A stretch of 32,000 nt of DNA, from positions 5,910,001-5,942,000 of the forward strand of contig NZ_CP074694.1 of NCBI RefSeq assembly GCF_018398935.1, given 5' to 3'. The DNA comes from Telmatocola sphagniphila. GTDB taxonomy: Bacteria; Planctomycetota; Planctomycetia; Gemmatales; Gemmataceae. The stretch's first letter is position 1; each line of letters opens with the position of its first letter. This document shows positions 16,896 to 26,251 of the stretch, one piece after another. The notes under the pieces are model-generated. The model searched no databases. It had not been told where the DNA came from and saw only the letters and a program-made list of their open reading frames with translations. The translations under genes and the position numbers were made by a program.

Positions 16896-18938
16896 ATGAA
16901 AAAGACCATCCTGACTATCCCGCTGATCTTCGGTTTCGGCTGGTTTACTGGATACTATATTCCCGAACCAGAACTCTTAGCCCAGCGCGGTGTCAATCGT
17001 CCGGCCGGGCATCCCACGGCCCGACCAGCTCCTACACAGGCTCCGAGGCCTAACACGCCGACGTTTAGTCGGCCGCAGGTTCAGCAACCGCGCCCGCTAC
17101 CCGCGGTGCAACCTTCCCAGCCAATCGGGGTGAAACCGGCCCTTCCTACCACACGGCCGAGTAATCCCAATCCCAACCCTGGCAATATCGCCCGTCCGAA
17201 CATCCCCAATACAGGGAATGCCAACCGGCCGACGACTTTACCCGGAGTGGGTAGCGGCGCCAGTCGACCAAATGTGACCAATCCGATTGCCAAACCCACT
17301 CCTTTACCCGGTAACACCGTCAACGGGAATAATGTGGGAATCAATCGTCCCGGCGGCAACGGGAATGGCAGTGGAAATGGGAATAACGTCGGGATCAATC
17401 GGCCCGGCGGGGGCAACAATAACAACAGCGGCAATACCAACATTGGCGTCAACCGGCCCGGGAATACCAACAATACGACGGTGATTGGCAATAAGCCGAA
17501 CATCAACGTTAATAAGCCCAACGTAAATGTGAACAAGCCCAACATCGGTTCGGGGAACACGAATATCGGTTCTGGAAATGTGACCAACAACATTACCAAT
17601 ATTCGACCGCAGATCAATACTCGGCCGGGTATCCTGCCCAACGGCAATCACAATACGATCATCAACAACACCACGATTGTCAACAACAACAATCGTGTCA
17701 ATAACATTCACGTCAATAACTTCAACAACGTTAACCGGCCCGGTTATGGTTACGGGGCCGTCAGTCGTCCCTGGGTCTCGAATCAACTGGGTTACTATCA
17801 CAACAACTGGAACGCGGGCTTTATCGGTTGGAATAACAATTACCACCCCTGGTACCACGGCTACTGGAACGGCTACTGGAACCACAACTGGGGCTTCAAC
17901 ACCGGGGTAGCCGTAGGCATCAGTCTCTGGTCTTTGAATAGTATCGGCTACCAGTTCGGCTACTACCACTATTACAACCCCTTCTATGTTCCTCCGACGG
18001 TTGTGGTGCAGCCGGTCTATCTGAACTACGCTCAGCCGATCGTTCCGATCACTCAAACATATTTGGAGAATCAAGCGCCGCCTCCGATGCCGCAAGCGGC
18101 GTCTGCTTACATGGACCAAGCTCAGAAAGCGTTCAAATCAGCAGACTACAACACCGCCTTGAAAGAAGTCGACGAAGCCCTCAAGCTTGTACCTAACGAT
18201 ACGACCATGCACGAGTTTCGGGCACAGGTCTTGTTCGCACTTGGGCAGTATCAGAACTCCGCCGCTGTAGTGCATAATTTGTTATCCAGTACACCGGGTT
18301 GGGACTACACGACTCTGCAGAGTCTCTATCCCAACAACGATGCTTTCCTTCAGCAACTTCAGTCTTTGAAGATCGCCTGGAGCGCGAAACCGGACGATCC
18401 CGCTTTAAACTTCCTGCTAGCCTACCAGTACATGACCACGGGCGATGCGGACAAAGCCCGGGAGCATCTCGAACGCGCAGCCAAGAAACTGCCCAGCGAT
18501 AATGTCACGAATCAGCTTCTGAAAACTGTCCAGTCGAGTGCGCCGCCGACGCCCGCGCCGAACGGAACGAATCCGACGACCCCGCCAGCGACTACTCCCA
18601 CGATCCCACCCGTGGAGCCACCAATTCCCAAGAAGGAAGAGCCGGCAAAACCGGCCATCAACCTCGACATGAAGGGCAACTGGTCGGCGAAAGGTCCGGA
18701 TGGCAATCAGATCGGGTTGAGTATTTCCGAGGATGGGAAATTCAACTGGACCGTCGACTCCAAAGGGAAAAAGGATAGCTTCGATGGCACCTTCACCCTG
18801 GATGGCGATGTGCTGATGCTGGAACGAAAAGAAGGGGGAGCTCTGATGGGTAAGACGACTCCTCTGGCGGACAACAAGTTCAAATTTAAAGCCGTCGGTT
18901 CGCCCGATAGCGATCCCGGTTTGATTTTTGAGAAGTAA
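16896..18938 (+). CDS. Asn/Pro-rich low-complexity protein with aromatic-rich segment, TPR-like helical region and small C-terminal beta domain
   Basis: 680-aa ORF starting 18 bp after the previous gene. It has an N-terminal hydrophobic anchor (ILTIPLIFGFGWFTGYYI). Residues ~95-290 are dominated by N, P and G repeats (NVGINRPGG.., KPNINVN KPNVNVN). A W/Y/N-rich stretch follows (WYHGYWNGYWNHNWGFN; GYYHYYNPFY), then TPR-like helices (AQKAFKSADYNTALKEVDEALKLVPND..), a PT-rich linker and a GNWSAKG..FTLDGDVLMLERK.. domain. Confidence 0.8.
   Translation: MKKTILTIPLIFGFGWFTGYYIPEPELLAQRGVNRPAGHPTARPAPTQAPRPNTPTFSRPQVQQPRPLPAVQPSQPIGVKPALPTTRPSNPNPNPGNIARPNIPNTGNANRPTTLPGVGSGASRPNVTNPIAKPTPLPGNTVNGNNVGINRPGGNGNGSGNGNNVGINRPGGGNNNNSGNTNIGVNRPGNTNNTTVIGNKPNINVNKPNVNVNKPNIGSGNTNIGSGNVTNNITNIRPQINTRPGILPNGNHNTIINNTTIVNNNNRVNNIHVNNFNNVNRPGYGYGAVSRPWVSNQLGYYHNNWNAGFIGWNNNYHPWYHGYWNGYWNHNWGFNTGVAVGISLWSLNSIGYQFGYYHYYNPFYVPPTVVVQPVYLNYAQPIVPITQTYLENQAPPPMPQAASAYMDQAQKAFKSADYNTALKEVDEALKLVPNDTTMHEFRAQVLFALGQYQNSAAVVHNLLSSTPGWDYTTLQSLYPNNDAFLQQLQSLKIAWSAKPDDPALNFLLAYQYMTTGDADKAREHLERAAKKLPSDNVTNQLLKTVQSSAPPTPAPNGTNPTTPPATTPTIPPVEPPIPKKEEPAKPAINLDMKGNWSAKGPDGNQIGLSISEDGKFNWTVDSKGKKDSFDGTFTLDGDVLMLERKEGGALMGKTTPLADNKFKFKAVGSPDSDPGLIFEK
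17331..17580 (+). repeat. imperfect in-frame tandem repeats (about three 54-bp units, then about four 21-bp units) inside the Asn-rich gene
   Basis: The 54-bp units start at 17331 (AATGTGGGAATCAATCGTCCCGGCGG..), 17385 (AACGTCGGGATCAATCGGCCCGGCGG..) and 17439 (AACATTGGCGTCAACCGGCCCGGG..). From about 17493 there are 21-bp units, AAGCCGAACATCAACGTTAAT / AAGCCCAACGTAAATGTGAAC / AAGCCCAACATCGGTTCGGGG / AACACGAATATCGGTTCTGGA. Confidence 0.7.
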
Positions 18939-18981
18939 CCCTTTCCCTGCTATCGGGGAAGGACCAACTTGGATTAACGCG

Positions 18982-19008
18982 AACGGGGGAATCTTTCCCC
19001 CGTTTTTT
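18982..19008 (+). terminator. rho-independent terminator after the Asn-rich gene
   Basis: AACGGGGGA (18982-18990) pairs perfectly with TCCCCCGTT (18996-19004) around a 5-nt loop, and the stem runs into a T-tract ending at 19008. A TTGACA hexamer (19010-19015) follows immediately and could be a -35 box for the next gene. Confidence 0.75.
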
Positions 19009-19078
19009 GTTGACATCTCCCAGCCCAAGGTTCATCCTGATGTTAGCTCCCCGAACTCAATTTCAGGATTTACTTTTC

Positions 19079-20026
19079 ATGCTGAAAGCTTTTCTCTCCT
19101 CGGCCCTCCTGGCCGCTTTTATCGGTTTCCCGGTTTGCGCCGAAGATAAATCGCAAGTGGATCCGTACGATCAATCCCACGTCGAATTGGAGAAAGGGCC
19201 TCCGGCCGATTTCAAAGGAAAAACCATTCTTCTGGTCGCGGGAAGTGCTTCGCACGGTCCGGCCGAACATGAATTTTTTGCGGGCACGGCCATCCTGATG
19301 GATTTGCTTAAACAGAATCCAGGCGTCTGGCCTGTCATGGCCCGCGACGGCTGGCCCAAGAACGAAAAGCTGATCGAAAAGGCCGACTGCCTGATGTTCT
19401 ACATGGATGGCCGTGGTGGCCATCCGGTCGTTCAGAAGAATCATATGGAGCTTCTTCAGAAACAGATTGATCGTGGGGCAGGCTGGGTCAATTTGCACTA
19501 TGCCGTCGATTATCTCCCCGTGCACGGCAAGCAAATCCTCGGCTGGATGGGCGGCTATTACGATGCGGAGATTTCCATCAATCCGCATTGGGATGCCGAC
19601 ATTCGCAGTCTGCCCAACCATCCGATCACGCGCGGCGTCAAGCCGTTCAAGTTGCGGGATGAATGGTATTACAACATGAAATTCATAGATGAAATGAAGA
19701 ACGTCACCCCGATACTGGTGGCCATCCCACCGGATAACACCCGGGGAACCAAAGATGCCAAAGCGCACCCCGGCCGTCCGGAAATCATGGCCTGGGCTTA
19801 CGAACGCAAAGACGGCGGCCGTGGCTTCGGCTTCACCGGCGGCCACTTTCATCGCAACTGGGCCGATGAAAATTTTCGCCGATTGGTCGTGAATGCCATT
19901 CTCTGGGCGGCCAAAGTGGAAGTGCCTGAGGCCGGTGCCAAAGTCGATTTCAATCCCGAGTCCCTGAACAAAAATCTGGACCGCAAAGGTAAAGGCGAAT
20001 TCAAACCGATTCTGCCGCCTAAGTAA
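19079..20026 (+). CDS. ThuA-like (class I glutamine amidotransferase-like fold) secreted protein
   Basis: The preferred start is the ATG at 19079, giving the signal peptide MLKAFLSSALLAAFIGFPVCAED. ILLVAGSASHGPAEHEF..ADCLMFYMDG..GAGWVNLHYAVD..GGHFHRNW resembles the ThuA domain as I recall it. The family call is less certain than the CDS call. Confidence 0.75.
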   Translation: MLKAFLSSALLAAFIGFPVCAEDKSQVDPYDQSHVELEKGPPADFKGKTILLVAGSASHGPAEHEFFAGTAILMDLLKQNPGVWPVMARDGWPKNEKLIEKADCLMFYMDGRGGHPVVQKNHMELLQKQIDRGAGWVNLHYAVDYLPVHGKQILGWMGGYYDAEISINPHWDADIRSLPNHPITRGVKPFKLRDEWYYNMKFIDEMKNVTPILVAIPPDNTRGTKDAKAHPGRPEIMAWAYERKDGGRGFGFTGGHFHRNWADENFRRLVVNAILWAAKVEVPEAGAKVDFNPESLNKNLDRKGKGEFKPILPPK

Positions 20027-20209
20027 GCCGTTTGCTGTCCGAAATATCGCACGGTTTTAACGACTATAGCGGAAATAACAAAGTCTTGTGGGATCTGACG
20101 CTAAAACGAGTACCCGGAAAATCAATCTGCCAGCAAACCAATTGGCTTTCGGGTAGGTTATTAGAGAGGAGTTCCCTCCCTTTTTCCGTGGTCTTGGAAG
20201 GACCGAGCT

Positions 20210-21505
20210 ATGTTTAACTTCTTCCGTCTTGGGGTTCTTCCCGCCGTGGTCGGACTGGCTGTTTCCGCCGGTGGGACTGTCGCTCAACAGCCATTCGATG
20301 GCGAGAACAAAGCCAAGGCGATGGAATCTCTGATCTATCAGAAGGCCGAGTCCGATATTCTCAAAACCATTGAGGAATCGAACCAGCTGAAAGAGAGATC
20401 GGAAGCCAGGGCGACTCAACTGCTGCGCAATAAGATTTCGGCCATCAAGGACGAGCCCAGTCTGGGCGCAAAAGATCGTGCGAAATTGATCGCCAAACTC
20501 GAAACGCAAATTCGCGTTATCGAGAATAAGGATCCTGCCAAAAATCTGGTCAATAGCGAAGAGCTGACCAATCGGAAGTTGAAAGAAGAAGAACGGGCCA
20601 AAGCTATTCTCGCGGAAATTAAGGATGTTCGACGGGAACTGGATACCATCAAAGCTCTGTTCGATTCGCAGAAGTTCGATCAGGCTCGGAAGCAGGCCGA
20701 TGCCCTTCTGAAAAAGTTTCCCGATAATCCTTCCTCCATTGCTTTGAGCAACACGACCCTGAATGCCGATGCGATCAATGAAGCCCGAATAGTTTCCGGT
20801 CAGATGCGCGAAGGATATCGCCTCGCCATGCTAGCGGTGGACAAGTCGGCCACCATGCCCAAGGACGACATAACATTCGATGTGAAATACACTCGCGAAG
20901 TGGTCTCCAAACGAAACAAACCGACCCTGACTCAAAGAGAAGTCAAAATTCTCAAATCTCTGGAAATCGAGTCGAGTTTTGAATTCAAAGATGAGCCCCT
21001 GGAAAAAGTTCTGAATGATCTTTCCAAGCAGATGAATACTTCGATCATTTTGGACGAAGTGGCCAAGCAGGAATTGAAAATCGATTCCAATACTTTTGTG
21101 AATGCCAGTCTGAAGAATGTCACTACCCGATCCGCACTACGCAAGATTCTCGCGGACAAGGGATTGGCGTTCGTGATGAAGAACGAATCGATTTACGTCA
21201 CCACGAATGAAAAAGCCAAGGACATGCTGGTCAGCCGCGTTTATTACGTCGGCGATCTGGTTTCCGGACTCGGGCCATTCAATGCCATCCGGGCGGGTAA
21301 CCTGGCCGATGTTCGCCAGACTCAGGAAATGGTCGATCAGTTGATGCGAGCGATCCTTTCCGTAGATCCGAATAGTTGGGAACGCAACAACAACGGCGGC
21401 CACGGCACGGTAACATTCCACTGGCCCAGTTTGTCGTTTGTGGTTCGTCAATCGGCTGAAGTGCACGCCAAGCTGAGCGGCAGTTTCGGCTCGGGCATCA
21501 AGTAA
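20210..21505 (+). CDS. hypothetical secreted protein: long helical/coiled-coil N-region plus STN/secretin-N0-like module
   Basis: 431-aa ORF with a GGAAGGA RBS 7-8 nt upstream. The signal peptide is MFNFFRLGVLPAVVGLAVSAGGTVAQQ. The region to about aa 190 is KE-rich and helical. FEFKDEPLEKVLNDLSKQMNTSIILDEVAKQ..VNASLKNVTTRSALRKILADKGLAFVMKNESIYVTT has the beta-alpha-beta-beta-alpha-beta pattern of STN/secretin N-terminal modules. Confidence 0.72.
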   Translation: MFNFFRLGVLPAVVGLAVSAGGTVAQQPFDGENKAKAMESLIYQKAESDILKTIEESNQLKERSEARATQLLRNKISAIKDEPSLGAKDRAKLIAKLETQIRVIENKDPAKNLVNSEELTNRKLKEEERAKAILAEIKDVRRELDTIKALFDSQKFDQARKQADALLKKFPDNPSSIALSNTTLNADAINEARIVSGQMREGYRLAMLAVDKSATMPKDDITFDVKYTREVVSKRNKPTLTQREVKILKSLEIESSFEFKDEPLEKVLNDLSKQMNTSIILDEVAKQELKIDSNTFVNASLKNVTTRSALRKILADKGLAFVMKNESIYVTTNEKAKDMLVSRVYYVGDLVSGLGPFNAIRAGNLADVRQTQEMVDQLMRAILSVDPNSWERNNNGGHGTVTFHWPSLSFVVRQSAEVHAKLSGSFGSGIK

Positions 21506-21514
21506 ACCTGGCCA

Positions 21515-24331
21515 TTAAGTAATCTCCTCGCCGTCGAGCCAGTTGGGACCGACGGCGATTTCCACATCGAGCGGCACCGCCAACTCCATCGCTCCACTCA
21601 TCTCCTCCCGTACCATCGTCGCGAGCTTTTGCACTTCCGACGGCGGCGCTTCGAAAACCAGTTCGTCGTGAACGGTCAGAAGCATCTTCGACTGCCAACC
21701 GCTTAAAAGCTTTTTGTGAATTCGCAACATCGCCAGCTTGATGAGATCGGCCGCACTGCCTTGAATCTCCATGTTGATCGCTTCCCGCTCCGCGGTGTTG
21801 CGGCCCTGATAGCTGGTCTTCTCGCGAATCGTCGATTTCTCGAAGAATCGCTTGCGGCCGAGTATGGTGCTGACGTAGCCATTCTTCCGACACTTCTTCA
21901 GCAGTATGTCCTGATAGCTAAGCACCTGGGGATAGCGGGCAAAGTAAGCCTGGATGAATGCCTCCGCTTCCGTACGGCTGATATTCAGTCGTTGAGCCAA
22001 TCCGTGGGCGGACATTCCATAGATCACTCCGAAGTTGACCGTCTTGGCCATGCGGCGCTGATCGCCGCTGACGTCCTTCACATCCACGTGAGCGATCTGG
22101 GCCGCCACCATCGTGTGAATATCCTTTTTCTGTCGGAAGGCTTCTTGCAGAGCTTCGTCGCCGCAGAAGTGAGCCAATAAACGCAATTCAATCTGGGAGT
22201 AGTCTGCCGTTAGTAATTGCCAGCCTTCGCGGGGAATGAACGCCTGGCGAATTTGTTTGCCCAGATCGGTGCGGGCGGGAATATTTTGCAGGTTGGGATT
22301 CGACGAAGAAAGCCGCCCCGTTGCTGCGACGGTCTGATTGAAGCTGGTGTGCACGCGGCCGGTTTTGGGATTTACCAGATCGGGCAGGGCATCGACATAA
22401 GTTCCCTTCAACTTGGAAATCTGCCGATGCTCCGTAATCATCTTGGGAATTTCATGACCGAGGGCGGCTAGCTTTTCGAGTGTCTCCTGATCGGTACTGG
22501 CCTCGCCAGTGAGATCGGTTCGCTTTTGCACGGGAAGTTTTAATTCTTCGAAGAGGATCTCCCGCAATTGCTTCGGGGAGGCGATGTTGAACTCCCGACC
22601 GGCAGCGGCGTGAATCTGCTTTTCGATGCGGGCGAGATCGTTGGCCATCTCGATACTCATCTTCTTCAGGAGTTCGACATCAACTCGAATTCCCTCGTGC
22701 TCCATGTCCCCGAGAACTTCGATGAGGGGGATCTCTACATCGGAATAAAGAGATTTCAGTTTTTCCCGGTCGAGATCTTTCTCCAGTCGCTCGGTCAGTC
22801 GCCAGGCGGCATCGGCATCCTCGGCAGCATACTGCGCGACCTTGGCCGTCGGTACTTGATCCATTCGAAGCTGGTTTTTGCCTTTGCCAATTAACTCCGT
22901 GATGCTGATGTTCTCATGTCCCAGATAGATGCGGGTCAATTCGTCCAGTCCGTGGCTGCGCTCCCCCGAATGAAGCAGATAATGAGCGATCATCGAGTCC
23001 CCCGCCACACCGGATACTTCGAAATGATGCGCTTTCAGCACGGCCCGATCGAACTTGATGTTCTGATTGAGCTTCTGAATCGCAGGATTCGCGAAGATCG
23101 GCTGAAGCTTTTCGAGAACTGTTCTTTCGTCAAGTTTCTTGTCGCTTTCCGGGCCACGCAGCGGCAGATAATATCCTTCATCGACCTGCCAGCTGAAGGC
23201 CAAGCCGACGATTTCACATATTAATGGGTCGAGACCCGTCGTTTCCAGATCGAAGGCGAATCTCTTCTGCTCCGATAAATCCTTGAAAAAGGCTTCAAAA
23301 CTACCTTCATCATCCACCAGCGTATAGGCCATCTTCCAACCGGCCTGCGGGGGTGTTTCAGGCAGCGGCGCGAATTCCGGATCGGTGAAATCGGAAAAGA
23401 GGTTCTTCTCTTCTCCGATATCGCGAAGTAGGGCATCGTTTTTCTTTTTGCCGTCGATCTTGAGCATCGAGCGAACCTGCTCGGAGAAGCGCCGGAAGCC
23501 GAATTCGGTAAATAACTGGAGGAGTTGCGGGCCATTCCATTCTCGGCGTTTCCATTCTTCCCAGTGAATTTCGAGAGGAATATCGCAGCGCAGTTCGACG
23601 AGTTTGCGAGCCCGTTCCAGCGTGCCATCGGCAATAGCCTTCTTGAAGTTCTCCCGCATCTTCGGTTGCTTGATCTGATCCACGTGAGCGATGATATTGT
23701 CGAGCGTACCATACTCGAGCAATAGTTTGGCGGCGGTCTTGGCTCCGACACCGGTGACTCCGGGCACATTATCCACGCTGTCGCCCACCATGGACTGGTA
23801 ATCGACCACCTGTTCGGGAGCCACTCCCCAATCCTCGATCAGCTGTTCGCGAGACATGACTTCGCGCTTGCGCAGGTTGTAGAGCCGGATGTTATCGGCG
23901 ATCAATTGCCGGCAGTCTTTATCGGAGGTGCAAATGGTCACTTCGATATCGCGTTCGGCCGCCGCGCAGGCCACGGTGGCCATGACGTCATCTGCTTCGA
24001 AAGTGGGCAGCGAAAGTACGGGTAGATTCATCGCCCGCAGCACGTCCTGAATCATGGGAATCTGCGGCGTCAGATCCTCGGGCTGCGGCGGTCGGTTCTT
24101 CTTGTACTCGGGATAGATTTCATCTCGGAAAGTCGGGCCGGGAAGATCGAAGCAGCAGAGCAGATAGTCGGGCCGAACATCCTCGTGAAGATAAATCAGA
24201 TCGCGGGTTACGCCAAACACAGCGTTGGTGGGACGGCCGTCCGGAGACGTCATGGCGTCGCGAATGGCATGGAACATCTGATAAATCAGACCATGGGCGT
24301 CGATGATATACATCGTCTGACGAGAAGACAT
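21515..24331 (-). CDS. polA: DNA polymerase I (5'-nuclease, 3'-5' exonuclease and polymerase domains)
   Basis: 938-aa ORF. It has a 5'-nuclease N-terminus, the ExoI motif FAFDLETTGLD, pol motif A LLTADYSQIELRLLAH, motif B RRMAKTVNFGVIYGMS and motif C LLTVHDELVFE. Confidence 0.97.
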   Translation of the reverse strand: MSSRQTMYIIDAHGLIYQMFHAIRDAMTSPDGRPTNAVFGVTRDLIYLHEDVRPDYLLCCFDLPGPTFRDEIYPEYKKNRPPQPEDLTPQIPMIQDVLRAMNLPVLSLPTFEADDVMATVACAAAERDIEVTICTSDKDCRQLIADNIRLYNLRKREVMSREQLIEDWGVAPEQVVDYQSMVGDSVDNVPGVTGVGAKTAAKLLLEYGTLDNIIAHVDQIKQPKMRENFKKAIADGTLERARKLVELRCDIPLEIHWEEWKRREWNGPQLLQLFTEFGFRRFSEQVRSMLKIDGKKKNDALLRDIGEEKNLFSDFTDPEFAPLPETPPQAGWKMAYTLVDDEGSFEAFFKDLSEQKRFAFDLETTGLDPLICEIVGLAFSWQVDEGYYLPLRGPESDKKLDERTVLEKLQPIFANPAIQKLNQNIKFDRAVLKAHHFEVSGVAGDSMIAHYLLHSGERSHGLDELTRIYLGHENISITELIGKGKNQLRMDQVPTAKVAQYAAEDADAAWRLTERLEKDLDREKLKSLYSDVEIPLIEVLGDMEHEGIRVDVELLKKMSIEMANDLARIEKQIHAAAGREFNIASPKQLREILFEELKLPVQKRTDLTGEASTDQETLEKLAALGHEIPKMITEHRQISKLKGTYVDALPDLVNPKTGRVHTSFNQTVAATGRLSSSNPNLQNIPARTDLGKQIRQAFIPREGWQLLTADYSQIELRLLAHFCGDEALQEAFRQKKDIHTMVAAQIAHVDVKDVSGDQRRMAKTVNFGVIYGMSAHGLAQRLNISRTEAEAFIQAYFARYPQVLSYQDILLKKCRKNGYVSTILGRKRFFEKSTIREKTSYQGRNTAEREAINMEIQGSAADLIKLAMLRIHKKLLSGWQSKMLLTVHDELVFEAPPSEVQKLATMVREEMSGAMELAVPLDVEIAVGPNWLDGEEIT

Positions 24332-24498
24332 GGATACAGTCCGTGGAGCGGAGAAATCAGCGGAGAAAAAACCCGCCTAAGAGGGACCATTCTACTCAAT
24401 CGAGCGAGTAGTGGTTATTTAGAAAGGACAATTTTCAAAAAGTGAAATGCCCAACAAAATGCCGAGTGGTTCAGAGAATGACCACCCGGCCGTACTTA

Positions 24499-25857
24499 CT
24501 ATTTGGTGAAGGAGAAAATGGTCGACGGATCGTCTTTATAAAGCTGATTCCGCAAGGTAACTGGTTTGCGATTGGCCGCCCAATCGGTGAGCGGTCCCAC
24601 TTCGACGCGGGCATCGACTCCGCTGACTTCCATAAGTTCTCCAATCGCTTTCATTCGGTCGGCCAGATCGCGAAGGTATTCCGGTTTGCGATCGTTCTTG
24701 ATGTATTTGCCAACTCGCCCGTTAATCTTCCAGCCATCCGCTGCCTGGATCAGACGGCCGCCAAGCATCTTCCAGTGAATAGATGGCATCAGGGAAGCTT
24801 TATTGGCGGACTGTTCCCCCTGGGCCGTAATGAGATCGAGCAAAGTCTGGTTCACGCCATAAGCCAGCACATCGAGATTGATCTGCGGATCGATCTGTTG
24901 AGAGCAGAGTCCAAACATGGCTTCCACTCGCTCTTTCAGGGAGGGCGGCGGCTGAACCAGGGGATCGGCAATCATCACCCGGAACAGGGTCAATGCCGGG
25001 CGGGCTTTAGCTTCCTCGCGGACGTAAATTCCCGTAACCGGAACGGCTCCCAGGGCTTCGATGGCATTTCGGCGGATGTACTGCACCACATCGAGCGATT
25101 CATTGGTCCATTGATTTTTGCTCTTATTGAGAATCACATTCTCAAGGGCTTGTGTGACCTGGGTCAACGTCGCGATGTCTTCGGGTTTAGCCAAAGTGTT
25201 TGGGCGAGCACCGATCAGAGGTTTTTCGCGATCGGTATCTTCCGGATCCTTTTGAGCCAACAGATTACGAATACCCTGGAAAGCGTAGTTCTTGAATGCA
25301 TTGCTATACAGTTTCTCGTTCACGATTCCCAGGAGAGTCTTGATCTGGGCGGGGTTGGGGCCCTTGGCGATTTCAGCCATGAACCGAACGGCGTTGAGCT
25401 GAACCAGGGGACGAGGATCTTTTTCCAGAACGAACTTCAACTCGACATCCATCGCCTTGGAAACTTCGGCTAGATAAATGGCCTGTTCGAGTTTGATAAG
25501 CCCGGTAGACGGGAGAGGATAGTGCGAGTTTCGGAAAGCATCGATAATTGAGCTAGCAGTTTCCGAGTTTTGAGTACGTTGCTTCCCATCCGGTCCCACG
25601 GCTGACCCGTCTGCCGGAAAATGGGCTAATTTGTAAGCATAGGATTTCGCAAGAACCTGGCAGGCCGCCTTGGTTTCCGGCCCAGGCTTAATTTTCCCGT
25701 TGCGCAGTTCGCTCAGTATTCCGTTATCCTTGAAGCCAATGAACGGAGGATTCGGCACAGTAGTGGCTTGTTGAGCAGCCGTGGTGCCAAGCATGATGAG
25801 CAGACTGGCGAAACCGATTGCCGTTAAAAGCCGCAATCCTGCCGTTGGACGCCGCAT
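24499..25857 (-). CDS. hypothetical secreted alpha-helical protein
   Basis: 452-aa ORF with the signal peptide MRRPTAGLRLLTAIGFASLLIMLGTTAAQQ. The remainder is predominantly helix-like (possibly ARM/HEAT-like repeats). I recognise no family motif. Confidence 0.72.
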   Translation of the reverse strand: MRRPTAGLRLLTAIGFASLLIMLGTTAAQQATTVPNPPFIGFKDNGILSELRNGKIKPGPETKAACQVLAKSYAYKLAHFPADGSAVGPDGKQRTQNSETASSIIDAFRNSHYPLPSTGLIKLEQAIYLAEVSKAMDVELKFVLEKDPRPLVQLNAVRFMAEIAKGPNPAQIKTLLGIVNEKLYSNAFKNYAFQGIRNLLAQKDPEDTDREKPLIGARPNTLAKPEDIATLTQVTQALENVILNKSKNQWTNESLDVVQYIRRNAIEALGAVPVTGIYVREEAKARPALTLFRVMIADPLVQPPPSLKERVEAMFGLCSQQIDPQINLDVLAYGVNQTLLDLITAQGEQSANKASLMPSIHWKMLGGRLIQAADGWKINGRVGKYIKNDRKPEYLRDLADRMKAIGELMEVSGVDARVEVGPLTDWAANRKPVTLRNQLYKDDPSTIFSFTK

Positions 25858-26130
25858 GATGTTTTCCTTACTTGAAATGACGCTACTAGATAATCAACTC
25901 TTCAGACAATCGATTCGTTTGTACCGACGGACAGGCCGGTTAAGAGAGCGAATTTCGCCCCTCGAAATTTACTTTTATGAACAGTAACAAGTCTTTGAAG
26001 GTGATTCAAGATAACGGCGGGAAGAATTAGAATTCATCTTCAACAAAGCGCGTTATTTGCTGAAAGATGCCTACGACACGCAAGGTATTGGAAATAACCC
26101 ACATTTTAAGGACCCGATTAAGCCATTAAA

Positions 26131-26148
26131 AATAAATTAAAATTTATT
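26131..26148. promoter_or_regulatory. perfect AT-rich palindrome (candidate activator/UAS or IHF-type site)
   Basis: AATAAATT-AA-AATTTATT has perfect 8-bp arms and a 2-bp spacer. It lies about 100 bp upstream of the sigma-54-like element, inside the 480-bp AT-rich divergent intergenic region. Confidence 0.3.
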
Positions 26149-26234
26149 GAATACGGGAATTTCCTGACAGATTGCACGATGAAAATTCATTAGATTTTTA
26201 TTTAGGTACTCCTAAGACTCGCAATTTAGGACGT

Positions 26235-26251
26235 AGGCACGGATAGTGCTT
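26235..26251 (+). promoter_or_regulatory. candidate sigma-54 (-24/-12) promoter upstream of the LuxR-type regulator
   Basis: aGGCACGgataGTGCtt compared with the consensus TGGCACG-N4-TTGCW. The GG and GC dinucleotides have the exact GG-N10-GC spacing and GGCACG matches fully, with two mismatches outside the core. It lies about 90 bp upstream of the ATG at 26340. Confidence 0.4.

Noticed and set aside
17331-17580. Considered whether the regular repeats could be a CRISPR array or a non-coding satellite.
   Set aside because: The repeats are contiguous with no spacers, have periods that are multiples of 3, and lie in frame within a 680-aa ORF that has a signal/anchor and a terminator. They are coding low-complexity repeats.
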